A stretch of 64,000 nt of DNA, from the NCBI GenBank assembly GCA_963726265.1, contig CAVSBQ010000002.1, forward strand, positions 320,001 to 384,000, given 5' to 3'. The stretch comes from Candidatus Aenigmatarchaeota archaeon (lineage in GTDB: Archaea; Aenigmatarchaeota; Aenigmatarchaeia; QMZP01; QMZT01). This document shows, piece by piece, positions 38,498 through 47,677 of this stretch. Made by a program: the position numbers and the translations under genes. Every line of letters starts with the position of its first letter. The stretch's first letter is position 1. The notes under the pieces were generated by a model, which was not told the DNA's origin, did no database searches, and was given only the letters and a program-made list of their open reading frames with translations.

Positions 38498-39793
38498 ATG
38501 ATAAAGGATGCCAGGATTTATTCTGTCTACAATTCCAAGGGCGACCATGCCCTGAGGGTCAAAATCCAGACTGGCAACAGCAGCTTCTTCTCCGCCACCA
38601 TTCCGTCAGGGACTTCGAAGGGTAAAAACGAAGCGAGAGATTTCGGCATGAGGCAGATAACTGAAGTCTTCCCCAAGGTCAGGAAGAACATCATCGGCCT
38701 CGACGAAACGGACTGGGTTACGGCGGATGAAATAATCGAGCAGACCGACAACTCGAAGAACTATTCCAACATAGGCATTTCGCTCGCCCTCGGCCTGTCG
38801 ATCGCGATAGCGAAGGCGTCGACGAACGGCGAGCTGTGGAGGCTGCGCGGGGCGAGAGAGCGTTATCATTTCCCGTTCCCTGTCGGCAACCTCATAGGTG
38901 GCGGCTCGCACGGCGGCAATACGGCATGGCAGGAGTTTCTGGTAATCCCCGTAAAGGCGAAGACTCCGGCGGAAGCAGCAAACACGAACTACGAGATATG
39001 GAAAGTCGTCGGCGAGGAGCTGAACAAAAGGGGATGGCTCATATCGAGGAACATCGAGAACGCGTGGACCTCGAAGCTCGACGATTTGAAAACGCTCGAC
39101 TTGCTCTCGAGCATAGCCGAAGATTTCGGCGCAAGGCTGGGCATCGATTTCGCTGCCTCGTCGTTCTGGAACGGCAAGGAATACGTCTACAAGGCGCTGA
39201 AGAAGAAGCTGACACCGGACAAACAGATTGACGCGCTCATACGCACTGCGGAGGTTTATGATCTCTATTACCTGGAGGACCCGCTGCACGAAAACGACTT
39301 CGCCGGCTTCGCTGAGCTGGGCAAGACGCTGCACGGCCGGCTTATCATAGGCGACGACCTCTTCTGCACGAACGCCGAGAGGGTTGCAAGGGGCATCCAA
39401 ACGCGGTCGGCGAACGCAGCGATAATCAAGCCGAACCAGTACGGCACGCTCTACCAGGTGAGCAAGGTTGTCCGTCTTATGAAAAAGAATGGCATGGTTC
39501 CCATCGTCTCGCATCGCTCGGGCGAAACTGAGGACGACTGGCTCGCGGACCTCGCGCTCGCGTGGGATGCGCCTTTGATAAAGATAGGCAACCTAGGGCC
39601 CGACATCCCCAAGCACAACCGTCTCCTCGAACTATGGCAGGACATCTCCCAGAAGCAGATGGCAAAGCTGCCTCTGAGATATGAGCACGCATCCCTTGCA
39701 TCTTCAGAAGCGGAGGAAGTAACAGGAGCTTCCGAAGCAGACGAAACGGAAGAATACGAAGAGGTCAGAGAAGCGAAAAAAGAACGGAAATGA
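38498..39793 (+). CDS. eno: enolase (divergent) with acidic C-terminal tail
   Basis: PSGTSKG, GG.H, QEF, D.AAS, EDP, GDD, IKPNQ, SHRSGET, IK.G. Confidence 0.9.
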   Translation: MIKDARIYSVYNSKGDHALRVKIQTGNSSFFSATIPSGTSKGKNEARDFGMRQITEVFPKVRKNIIGLDETDWVTADEIIEQTDNSKNYSNIGISLALGLSIAIAKASTNGELWRLRGARERYHFPFPVGNLIGGGSHGGNTAWQEFLVIPVKAKTPAEAANTNYEIWKVVGEELNKRGWLISRNIENAWTSKLDDLKTLDLLSSIAEDFGARLGIDFAASSFWNGKEYVYKALKKKLTPDKQIDALIRTAEVYDLYYLEDPLHENDFAGFAELGKTLHGRLIIGDDLFCTNAERVARGIQTRSANAAIIKPNQYGTLYQVSKVVRLMKKNGMVPIVSHRSGETEDDWLADLALAWDAPLIKIGNLGPDIPKHNRLLELWQDISQKQMAKLPLRYEHASLASSEAEEVTGASEADETEEYEEVREAKKERK

Positions 39794-39810
39794 GCAGCTG
39801 CTTCATGAAT

Positions 39811-40818
39811 TCATAATATTTTCTGGCTGATGTCGAGCGCTTTGGTCGAGTGCGTTATCGCCCCGAGCGAGCACGCGTCCACCCCCGCCTTCGCGTATTC
39901 AACCACGTTCTTCTCATCCACGTTGCCCGAAGCCTCGAGCAGAACGTAATCGTAAAGCTTCCTTCTCCTGAGCTCAAGGACGGTTTTCCTTACATCCGCC
40001 GGCGGCATGTTGTCCAGCATGATTATGCATGCCTTTATTTCTTTGTCATTGTCCTGCAGCTTCCTGAATTTCCTCGCCGCGCGCATCGCCTCGCTGCGGC
40101 TCCTCGTCTCGATCTCTATGAACACCGAACGCCTGCGAAGCTCCCATGCCTTTTCCAGCGCGAACTCGACGGGGTTTTTCACGCCCTGCTTCCTGAGCGA
40201 ATCAATATGGTTGTCCTTTATCAGGAACGATTCGAACAGGCCGAGCCTGTGCGAGTAGCCTGAGCCGAGGGTTATGGCCTTCTTGTCCAGAAGGCCCCAG
40301 GGCGTTTTTCTTGTCCCTGTTATCACAACACCATGGCCCGCCCTCCTGACCTTGCCGGCAAGCCTGCTGGTCGCGGTTGCTATGCCGCTCATGCGCTGGA
40401 GCAGGTTGAGCCCTGTCCTTTCTATCAGAAACACGCTCCTTTTCGGGCCATTGAGCTCGAAGAGTTTGTCGCCCTTCCTGAATTTCTCTCCGTCGTTTTT
40501 GATGCGGCTGACTGCGACGCCGTTCTGGCCGCAGAGCCATGCGAATTCGTCTCCGCCGGCGAGAATCCCGTCGTCTTTCGCGATTATAGCCGCCTTTATC
40601 TTCTCGTCGGAAAGCAGCGTGTTAGTCGTCACGTCGCCTGCGCCGGCGTCTTCCCTGAGCAGGCCTCCGACAAGCGTCTCGACCATCTTCAGGTATTCGG
40701 GATTCCTGAGCACCAGATAGAACGAGCGGTCATAAGCCAGTTTTATGAGCCTCGGCCGACTCTTCGAGCGGTGCGCCGGCTGCAGGGGGCTTTCGGAATG
40801 CATGCCTTTCGGATTCAT
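39811..40818 (-). CDS. nadC: quinolinate phosphoribosyltransferase
   Basis: ED...GDVTT, ERTGLN..QRMSGIAT, TRKT, HRLGL, IKDNH, MLDN, EASG; start uncertain. Confidence 0.92.
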   Translation of the reverse strand: MNPKGMHSESPLQPAHRSKSRPRLIKLAYDRSFYLVLRNPEYLKMVETLVGGLLREDAGAGDVTTNTLLSDEKIKAAIIAKDDGILAGGDEFAWLCGQNGVAVSRIKNDGEKFRKGDKLFELNGPKRSVFLIERTGLNLLQRMSGIATATSRLAGKVRRAGHGVVITGTRKTPWGLLDKKAITLGSGYSHRLGLFESFLIKDNHIDSLRKQGVKNPVEFALEKAWELRRRSVFIEIETRSRSEAMRAARKFRKLQDNDKEIKACIIMLDNMPPADVRKTVLELRRRKLYDYVLLEASGNVDEKNVVEYAKAGVDACSLGAITHSTKALDISQKIL

Positions 40819-40836
40819 AAAACTAAATTGGGGCTG

Positions 40837-42189
40837 CTATTTAAAAAATGGTTTGGTGGCGCTCGTCAGCCCATCAAGCTTATCATCACCGATAAACGGC
40901 TCGAATTCCGCGCCGTCAAAAATTACGAAACTCGTGTCATAGTCGGATTTCTGCTTGTACTCGCTGGTTGTCGCGTATTCGCTCTCGACCTGATAATTTG
41001 AAAGCGAGACTGTTTCGCCTGTCTTCTTGCCCTTGTATCTCTCTTCCGTTATGGCGTCCTCGATGTGCATCGCTTTTTTAATCTCCAGGTTGTATTCGTC
41101 CTGGATGGGCATTGCGTATGATATCTGCTGGCTGCTGCTCTGGAAGCGCCATACCTCTTCGCCAGTTGCGCGATCGAGAGCATAGTAATGGCAGTCCCGG
41201 CTGCCGAAGCACACGAGGTCGTCGAATATTTTCGCTTCATCGTAAGTCTCTGCGCCTGTCCTGAATCTCCAGAGCTCTTTGCCGTCATTTGATCTTATTG
41301 CGTAAAAATAACTGTCCTCAGATCCGAAATAGACAACTCCGTCGTGGACGAGGCATCTGGCTATGAAGCCGCCTGTCTGAAATCTCCAGAGCTCTTTGCC
41401 TTCAAGCGAAAGGCAGTAAACTATGCCGTCCCTGCACGGTTGATAAAGCCTGTTATTGTACAGCGAAGGCGAAGTGACGTTGCCGTACTTGCCCGTCCTG
41501 AAGCGCCATATCTCCTTGCCTGTTTTGACATCTGCGCAATAGAGATAGTTGTCGAGGCATGAAAAATAGATTTTGCCCTCTCTTATCAGCATTTCCTTGT
41601 TAATCTGGACATCGTCTCCGGTCACGAAACGCCATACCTCTTTGCCACTCTTCGCGTCGAGGCAGTAAATGTTGTGATCACAGGAACCGAAGAACACTCT
41701 GTTATCATGGAACGTCACTGTGGACCCGACGTAGTCGCCAGTTTTAAAGCGCCAGAGCAGCCTTCCCGTCCCAGCTTCGACAGCATACAGGTTCTCGTCT
41801 TCTGAGCCGAAAAACACCATGTTCGCGCCAACGCCCGGGGTGCTGAAAAGCTTGCCTCCGGTTTTGAAACGCCATATTTCTCTGCCATTTTTTATATCAA
41901 CCGCATAGAGGTTATTGTCATACGACGGGATGAAAAGAAGCTTTCCGTCAGTCGAAGGCGAGCCGTAGTTGCAGTCATTCGTGCGGAACTTCCAGATTTC
42001 CTTTCCGCTTTTCGCATCTATGGCGTAAACGTAATGATCACCGCAGGTCGCGTATATCACGCCTTCGTGCATCATGGTGAAAACGAAGCTTCCTCCATCG
42101 CCTATCTTGAAAACCCTGTCGAACTTCCTGATCCTTTTCACTTCGAAATCTTCAAGTTCGGCGTCAAAGCCCTCGAATCCGAAATCCAT
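40837..42189 (-). CDS. PQQ-like beta-propeller repeat protein (paralog 3)
   Basis: About 8 WRFxTG..S.P....VYFGS.D..Y..DA.TG repeats; no signal peptide. Confidence 0.9.
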   Translation of the reverse strand: MDFGFEGFDAELEDFEVKRIRKFDRVFKIGDGGSFVFTMMHEGVIYATCGDHYVYAIDAKSGKEIWKFRTNDCNYGSPSTDGKLLFIPSYDNNLYAVDIKNGREIWRFKTGGKLFSTPGVGANMVFFGSEDENLYAVEAGTGRLLWRFKTGDYVGSTVTFHDNRVFFGSCDHNIYCLDAKSGKEVWRFVTGDDVQINKEMLIREGKIYFSCLDNYLYCADVKTGKEIWRFRTGKYGNVTSPSLYNNRLYQPCRDGIVYCLSLEGKELWRFQTGGFIARCLVHDGVVYFGSEDSYFYAIRSNDGKELWRFRTGAETYDEAKIFDDLVCFGSRDCHYYALDRATGEEVWRFQSSSQQISYAMPIQDEYNLEIKKAMHIEDAITEERYKGKKTGETVSLSNYQVESEYATTSEYKQKSDYDTSFVIFDGAEFEPFIGDDKLDGLTSATKPFFK

Positions 42190-43497
42190 AGATTTTCAAC
42201 CTCGAAAACGTTTTCAAATATCACGAAGCTCGTGTCATAATTACTCTTTTGTTTGTAGTCGCTGGTTGTCGAGTATTCTGATGTGACATGATAATCAGAA
42301 AGCGAGACTGCTTTCTTCGCCTTTCTTTTTCCTGTATTTGTCCTCGGAAACCGCGTCCTCCGAGACGGCGCTTTTCTTGACTTTCAGCTCGAAAGCGTCA
42401 TGCGGCGGCGGGAGGGAGACCATCGAAAGGTTTGACGTCGCGAAACTCCATATTTCCTTGCCATGCATGTCAAGGGAATACAGGCGGCAGTCATAGGAGC
42501 CGAAAAACAGCCTGTTGTTCCACACGGCAGGGCCTCCGAAAACCTTGCCGCCTGTCATGAACCTCCACAGCTCCTTGCCTTCAAGGGAGATGGCGTAAAA
42601 TGCGCCGGTTTCGTCCCCGATATATATCGTATCATTGTAAACCAGAGGCCCGCCGGGCAGGCTTCCCAGCCTGAACCTCCATAGCTCTTTCCCGTCCCTT
42701 GTGAAAGCGTAGAGAATCGCGTCCCTCGAAGGCTGGAGGACAATATCGCCATAGACTATCGGCTGGACAGCGTTGCCATATTTGGCTGTCTTGGCTTTCC
42801 AGATTTCCTTGCCCGTTCCGGCATCAAGAGCATACAGGTAGCCGTCCATGGAAGCGAAATAAACGACGCCGTCCGAGATAAAGGGCTTGTGGCAGAGATC
42901 CCACATTTCCGCACCCATCCTGAATCTCCAGAGCTCCTTTCCCTTTGCCGAAAGGCAGTAGAAATTCCCGTCGTAAGAGCCTATGTATATCCTGTTGTTC
43001 CACGCGACAGGGCTTGAAACCACCCAGTCGCCTGTCCTGAAGCTCCATACACGCCTGCCCGTTTTCCTGTCCACGGCATAAAGATAGCCGTCTTTGGAGC
43101 CCGCCAGGACCAAATCGCCGTAAACGCAAGGCGACGATGCCACCTCGCCTCCAGTCTGGAAGCGCCAGGCCTCCTTGCCGTCCAGCGTTATGGCATAAAG
43201 GCTCTTGTCATAGCTGCCGATGAAAAGCATGCCGTCCGAAATCGCCGGGATCGAGAATATTTTCCCGCCGGTCTTGTATTTCCAGACTTCCTTCCCTGTT
43301 TTCGCGTCGACGGCGTAAACGTAATTGTCAGCGCTGCCGAAATAAAGCATCCCTTCGTGGACAACCGGGGTGGACATTATGCTACCGCCTTCGCCTATCA
43401 TGAAGTTCCTGTCCATCTTCTTGGTTTTGACCAGTTCGAAGTCTTCTATCTCCATTTCGAAGTCTGAGCTTTCAAAGCTGTCGAAGCCGAAGTCCAT
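42138..43497 (-). CDS. PQQ-like beta-propeller repeat protein (paralog 2; +1 frameshift near 42313)
   Basis: Same repeats; removing one A in GAAGAAAGCA restores the shared tail AVSLSDYHVTSEYSTTSDYKQKSNYDTSFVIF and a stop at 42138. Confidence 0.87.
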
Positions 43498-44798
43498 ATA
43501 TCTTCTACCTCCAAAATTCCTTCAAATATGACAAAATCAACATTGTAATCGGATTTCTGCTTATAATCCGACTCGCTGGTGTATTCGCTTTCTATGCGAT
43601 AATCCGAAAGCGAGACCGTTTCGTCTTTCTTTTTCTTGTATCTGTCCTCGTGGATCAAATCCTCTATGTGCGTTTCCTTTTTGATTTCCAACCTGAACAT
43701 GCCGTAAGGGTCGGACCATATGGTTTTTCTCAGCGTGCTGGTCTGCACGTTCCACAATTCCTGGCCAGTTTTTATATCGAGATAATGAATTCTGCAGTCA
43801 GCAGCCCCGAAAATGAGCGTGTCTTTGTAAAGCTTTGCCTCGTCCCATATCTGGCCGTCAACCTTGAACCTCCAGATTTCGTTGCCTTCAAGGTCAAGGC
43901 AGTAAAAATTGCCGTCTTCTGAACCGAAGTATATTTTCTCTTCACTCACAACGGCCTTTGACTCGACGACCCCGCCAGTGCGGAATCTCCATATCTCTTT
44001 ACCTTCTGTATCAAGACAGAAGAAGTTCCCGTCCCTTGCTCCGATGTATATCCTTCCGTCCACAACTGTAGGGGACATGGCTATACCGTAATCCCCTAAC
44101 TTTGATCTCCAGATTTCCTTGCCCGTTTCAACGTTCAGGGCATAGAGGTAGCTGTCGAAAGAAGGGATGAAAACGATGCTCCCGTAAACTTCGAGGTGAA
44201 CCGGGTCGAATATTTCAGCCCCTGTTTTGAAGCGCCAGAGCTCCCTGCCTGTTTTTTCACTGACGCAGTAGGCATAACCGTCAAAGGAACCGAATATCGC
44301 AGTATTTTTGTAAAACCCCGGCGCGCAGCACATCTCCCCGCCTGCCTTAAACCTCCACAGCAGTTTCCCTGTTTTTGCCTCAAATGCATAAAAGTTAGAA
44401 TCCCGGCAGGATGTGCAGACTATGTTTCCTTTAACTCCGGCGTATCCTGCCGTGGCGCCAGCCATCTTATATCTCCAAACAATACTCCCGTTCGAAGCTG
44501 CTATACAATAAAAATTTCCTTCCCTATCCCCGATATATAAAAAGTCTTTTGAGCCGACAGGGGAAGAATCGATTATTGCATCAAGCTTCGTTCTCCACAG
44601 AAGTTCTCTATTTTCGATATCCAAAGCGTAAACGTACCCGTCAAACGCGCCATAATAAAGCATATTGCATATAAGCGTCGTCCTTACTATGGATCCGCCT
44701 TCATCGCCAGACCATACCCTGTCAAATTTGCCCACTTTCCTGACTTCCATGTCTTCCAGTTCCGTGTCGAAATCCGATGCCTCAAAGCCAAAGTCCAT
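43446..44798 (-). CDS. PQQ-like beta-propeller repeat protein (paralog 1)
   Basis: Same repeats; start set at MDFGF (44798) by homology with paralogs. Confidence 0.9.
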   Translation of the reverse strand: MDFGFEASDFDTELEDMEVRKVGKFDRVWSGDEGGSIVRTTLICNMLYYGAFDGYVYALDIENRELLWRTKLDAIIDSSPVGSKDFLYIGDREGNFYCIAASNGSIVWRYKMAGATAGYAGVKGNIVCTSCRDSNFYAFEAKTGKLLWRFKAGGEMCCAPGFYKNTAIFGSFDGYAYCVSEKTGRELWRFKTGAEIFDPVHLEVYGSIVFIPSFDSYLYALNVETGKEIWRSKLGDYGIAMSPTVVDGRIYIGARDGNFFCLDTEGKEIWRFRTGGVVESKAVVSEEKIYFGSEDGNFYCLDLEGNEIWRFKVDGQIWDEAKLYKDTLIFGAADCRIHYLDIKTGQELWNVQTSTLRKTIWSDPYGMFRLEIKKETHIEDLIHEDRYKKKKDETVSLSDYRIESEYTSESDYKQKSDYNVDFVIFEGILEVEDIWTSASTALKAQTSKWR

Positions 44799-44936
44799 AC
44801 TCCAGAATAGGCAAAAAGGTTTAAAAAACGTATATTTATTAATATACCTCACACATATTAGGATTATCGCGTTATGGGTTCAGTATAGGTTGATTGACGA
44901 ACGATTGACTAACTGTGGAATGAACGGTGAAATGAA

Positions 44937-45587
44937 ATGACAGTAAAAACCGAAAAAGAGGAGCCTGGCACCGGAGCCGGCGCAGGGCAGCATGCCAGCC
45001 AGAGCCAGATGCTGGTCGACAGGACCGAATACCTGACTTCCGGCGTCCACATAGGCATGAAGACGTGCACGAAGTTCATGAAGCAGTTCATCTACAAGAT
45101 CAGGGAGGACGGTCTCGCCGTTTTCAATATCCAGAAGGTCGACGAGAGGATAAAGACGGCAGCGCAGTTCCTTTCCGGCTTCGAAAACGTCATGGCCGTT
45201 TCCAGGAAGGGTAACGGCATCCTGCCAGTCAAGAAGTTCACCGAAAGCGTGGGCGGCAAGGCCGTCCCAGGACGCTTTCCGCCGGGCATGCTCACCAACC
45301 CGTCATACAGGGATTTCTACGAACCGGATGTCATTTTTGTCATCGACCCGCTCATAGACAGGCAGGCGGTGGAGGAGGCCAAGAAGAAGCGCGTTCCCGT
45401 CGTCGCGCTGTGCGACACCTTCAACGAGGCGAGCGACGTCGACATCGTCATCCCGTCCAACAACAACGGGAAGAAATCCATCGCCCTCATCTGCTGGATT
45501 CTGGCGAGGGAAATAATGAAGAACAGGAAGAAGATAAGCGAGAACAACGAGTTCAAGCCCACGCTCAAGGACTTCGGCTCGGAGTGA
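44937..45587 (+). CDS. rps2: 30S ribosomal protein uS2
   Basis: YLTSGVHIG, GRFPPGMLTNP, EPD, DP..D.QA..EA, NNNGKKS. Confidence 0.95.
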   Translation: MTVKTEKEEPGTGAGAGQHASQSQMLVDRTEYLTSGVHIGMKTCTKFMKQFIYKIREDGLAVFNIQKVDERIKTAAQFLSGFENVMAVSRKGNGILPVKKFTESVGGKAVPGRFPPGMLTNPSYRDFYEPDVIFVIDPLIDRQAVEEAKKKRVPVVALCDTFNEASDVDIVIPSNNNGKKSIALICWILAREIMKNRKKISENNEFKPTLKDFGSE

Positions 45588-45597
45588 ACGCCGTGGA

Positions 45598-46104
45598 ATG
45601 ATACTTATGAACGTAAGTTCGCAAAAAAAGCTGGCCGCGAAGGTCATGAAGGTCGGCTTGTCCAGGGTAAGAATTGTCGACGAGAAGGACGTAGAGGAAG
45701 CTCTCACGAGGAACGACATCAGGAGGCTCATCGTCAGGGGGTCGATAACCTCCGTCAACAAAAGAGGAACGTGCAAAAAATACTCCGCCTACCGCTGCAG
45801 CCAGAAAAAGAAAGGCAGGCGCATCGGCAAGGGCAGCTGGAAGGGCAGGAAGTTCTCCAAGAAGACGGGCAAGGAGCACTGGATGGATCGCGTGCGGGCG
45901 CTGAGACGCATGCTCAGCGAGCTGAGGGACGAGGGGAAGATCGGGAAGAAAGATTACAGGAAGATGTATTACATGATAAAGGGCGGCAACTTCAGAAACA
46001 AGAAGCACATGCTTTACTACCTCAAGAGCAAGGAGCTCATAAAAGAAGACAAGACGAAAGCGACGAAGGAGTTAAAGGCAGGGAAAGCGCATGAGAGGAA
46101 GTAA
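45598..46104 (+). CDS. rpl19e: 50S ribosomal protein eL19
   Basis: QKKLAA..MKVG..RV, TRNDIR, GRR.G.GS.KG, WM..VRALR, KGG.F. Confidence 0.95.
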   Translation: MILMNVSSQKKLAAKVMKVGLSRVRIVDEKDVEEALTRNDIRRLIVRGSITSVNKRGTCKKYSAYRCSQKKKGRRIGKGSWKGRKFSKKTGKEHWMDRVRALRRMLSELRDEGKIGKKDYRKMYYMIKGGNFRNKKHMLYYLKSKELIKEDKTKATKELKAGKAHERK

Positions 46105-46885
46105 CAGGGTTTTGCCCCACAGGAGGAAGAGGGAAGGCAGGACGGATTACAGGCTCCGCCTCAAACTGCTCAAGTCAAGGCAGCCGAGGCTCGTCGTCAG
46201 GAGATCGCTGAGCAACATAACATGCCAGGTGGTGGTATACGAACCGAAGGGCGACAAAGTCGTGGTAACCGCTGACTCGAAAGAGCTCAGGGAATTCGGA
46301 TGGAAGTTCCACTGCGGCAACATTCCTGCCGCTTATCTTACTGGATTCCTGTGCGCGGAGCGCGCGAAAAAGCATAAGATTTCGAACGCCATCCTCGACA
46401 TAGGCCTTTACCAGGCAATCCACGGAGGCCAGCTTTATTCTGCGCTGAAAGGCGCGGTCGACGGAGGGCTTGACATTTCCCATTCAGACGACGTCCTTCC
46501 CCCGCAGGAAAGGTTTTCAGGGCAGCACATCGCCGCATACTCGGAAAAGCTGAAGGCTGATGAGCCGGACAAATACAAGAAAGTCTTTTCCGCGTGCCTG
46601 AGGGAGAAAGCCGACCCGAAGGAGATGCCGGCGGTATTCGAGGAAACCAAGAAGAAAATCGCGGCGGAGAAAGGCGAAAGGAAGAAAGCCCATCACGAAC
46701 CAGGGAAGGAGCACAAAGCGGAACATGCACACAAAGAACATAAAGCAGAAACCCATGAACACAAGGCAGAGCATCCTCAAGAACACAAGACCGAGCATAA
46801 AGCCGAGCACCACGAACACAAGGCAGAGCATGCAGAAGCGAAACACGATCATGCCGCGGAGCATCACGAGCACAAAAAGGGTTAG
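46091..46885 (+). CDS. rpl18: 50S ribosomal protein uL18 with His-rich C-terminal extension
   Basis: RRKREGRTDY..RL, RLVVRRS, NIPAAYLTG, LDIGL, KGAVDGGL, GQHIA.Y. Confidence 0.95.
   Translation: MRGSNRVLPHRRKREGRTDYRLRLKLLKSRQPRLVVRRSLSNITCQVVVYEPKGDKVVVTADSKELREFGWKFHCGNIPAAYLTGFLCAERAKKHKISNAILDIGLYQAIHGGQLYSALKGAVDGGLDISHSDDVLPPQERFSGQHIAAYSEKLKADEPDKYKKVFSACLREKADPKEMPAVFEETKKKIAAEKGERKKAHHEPGKEHKAEHAHKEHKAETHEHKAEHPQEHKTEHKAEHHEHKAEHAEAKHDHAAEHHEHKKG
46685..46882 (+). repeat. imperfect EHKA coding repeat (uL18 tail)
   Basis: 20 His in the last 66 residues; recurring GA(A/G)CA(C/T)AA(A/G)GC. Confidence 0.85.
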
Positions 46886-46945
46886 CTGATTTCTTTTTCT
46901 TATTATTGGTCAAAATTTTAATTAGCGGCCGGACAATATGATTAT

Positions 46946-47407
46946 ATGAAAGGCTCGATTCTGCTGTTCATCCTGTTGTGGGCGTTCTGGCTTCTGCTGA
47001 ATGGCGCCGCGCCGGACGAGCTGCTGGTGGGCGGCGTGATATCGGCCGGGATATCGGCAATCTTCGGCTACTTCTTCCTCAGAGATGCGAAGAAGGGGTA
47101 TGTAAAGAGCCTGCTCTGGCTGCTCGCCTACGTTCCCTATTACGTTTACCAGGAAATCATCTGCGTCGCGGACGTGAGCTACAGGATCATAACGGGCAGG
47201 ATAAATCCCGCGATAGTCGAGGTGCCGCACGCGCACAGGCACAGCTGGGGCATAACCGCACTCTCGAACTCGATAACCATGACCCCCGGAACGTTAACGC
47301 TGGAAACGGAGCCGGGAAAGCTTTACGTGCACTGGCTCAACCTAGGCAAGGACAAGAAGCAGATAGCCGGCGTGTTTGACAAATTCCTGATGAAGATATG
47401 GGAATGA
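46946..47407 (+). CDS. mnhE: Mrp/Mnh antiporter subunit E
   Basis: INPAIV, LSNSITMTPGTLT, LYVHW. Confidence 0.92.
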   Translation: MKGSILLFILLWAFWLLLNGAAPDELLVGGVISAGISAIFGYFFLRDAKKGYVKSLLWLLAYVPYYVYQEIICVADVSYRIITGRINPAIVEVPHAHRHSWGITALSNSITMTPGTLTLETEPGKLYVHWLNLGKDKKQIAGVFDKFLMKIWE

Positions 47408-47413
47408 TGCGAT

Positions 47414-47677
47414 ATGCTTGAATATGCGATAGCCCTGCTGGTGGTTTCGGTTTTCATATGCGTGCTTCGCGTCGTGAAAGGCCCGACTGCACCGGACAGG
47501 GTCCTCGCCAGCGATACGATAAACTCGATAGTCATAGCCGCGATAGTCCTGCTGGCCGTCTACTACAACAACCAGATGTTCGCGGACGTCGCGCTTGTCT
47601 ACGCGATGATATCGTTTTTGTCCACGCTCGCGATTTCCAAATATCTCATGCAGAGGAGCGAGAAAGGAGACGTCTGA
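47414..47677 (+). CDS. mnhF: Mrp/Mnh antiporter subunit F
   Basis: RVVKGPT.PDRVLA.D, DVALVYA..SF..T. Confidence 0.92.
   Translation: MLEYAIALLVVSVFICVLRVVKGPTAPDRVLASDTINSIVIAAIVLLAVYYNNQMFADVALVYAMISFLSTLAISKYLMQRSEKGDV

Noticed and set aside
40837..44798. PQQ-dependent dehydrogenases or BamB
   Set aside because: Only the structural repeat is visible; no signal peptide, no recognisable active-site motifs, and a BAM system is not expected in an archaeon
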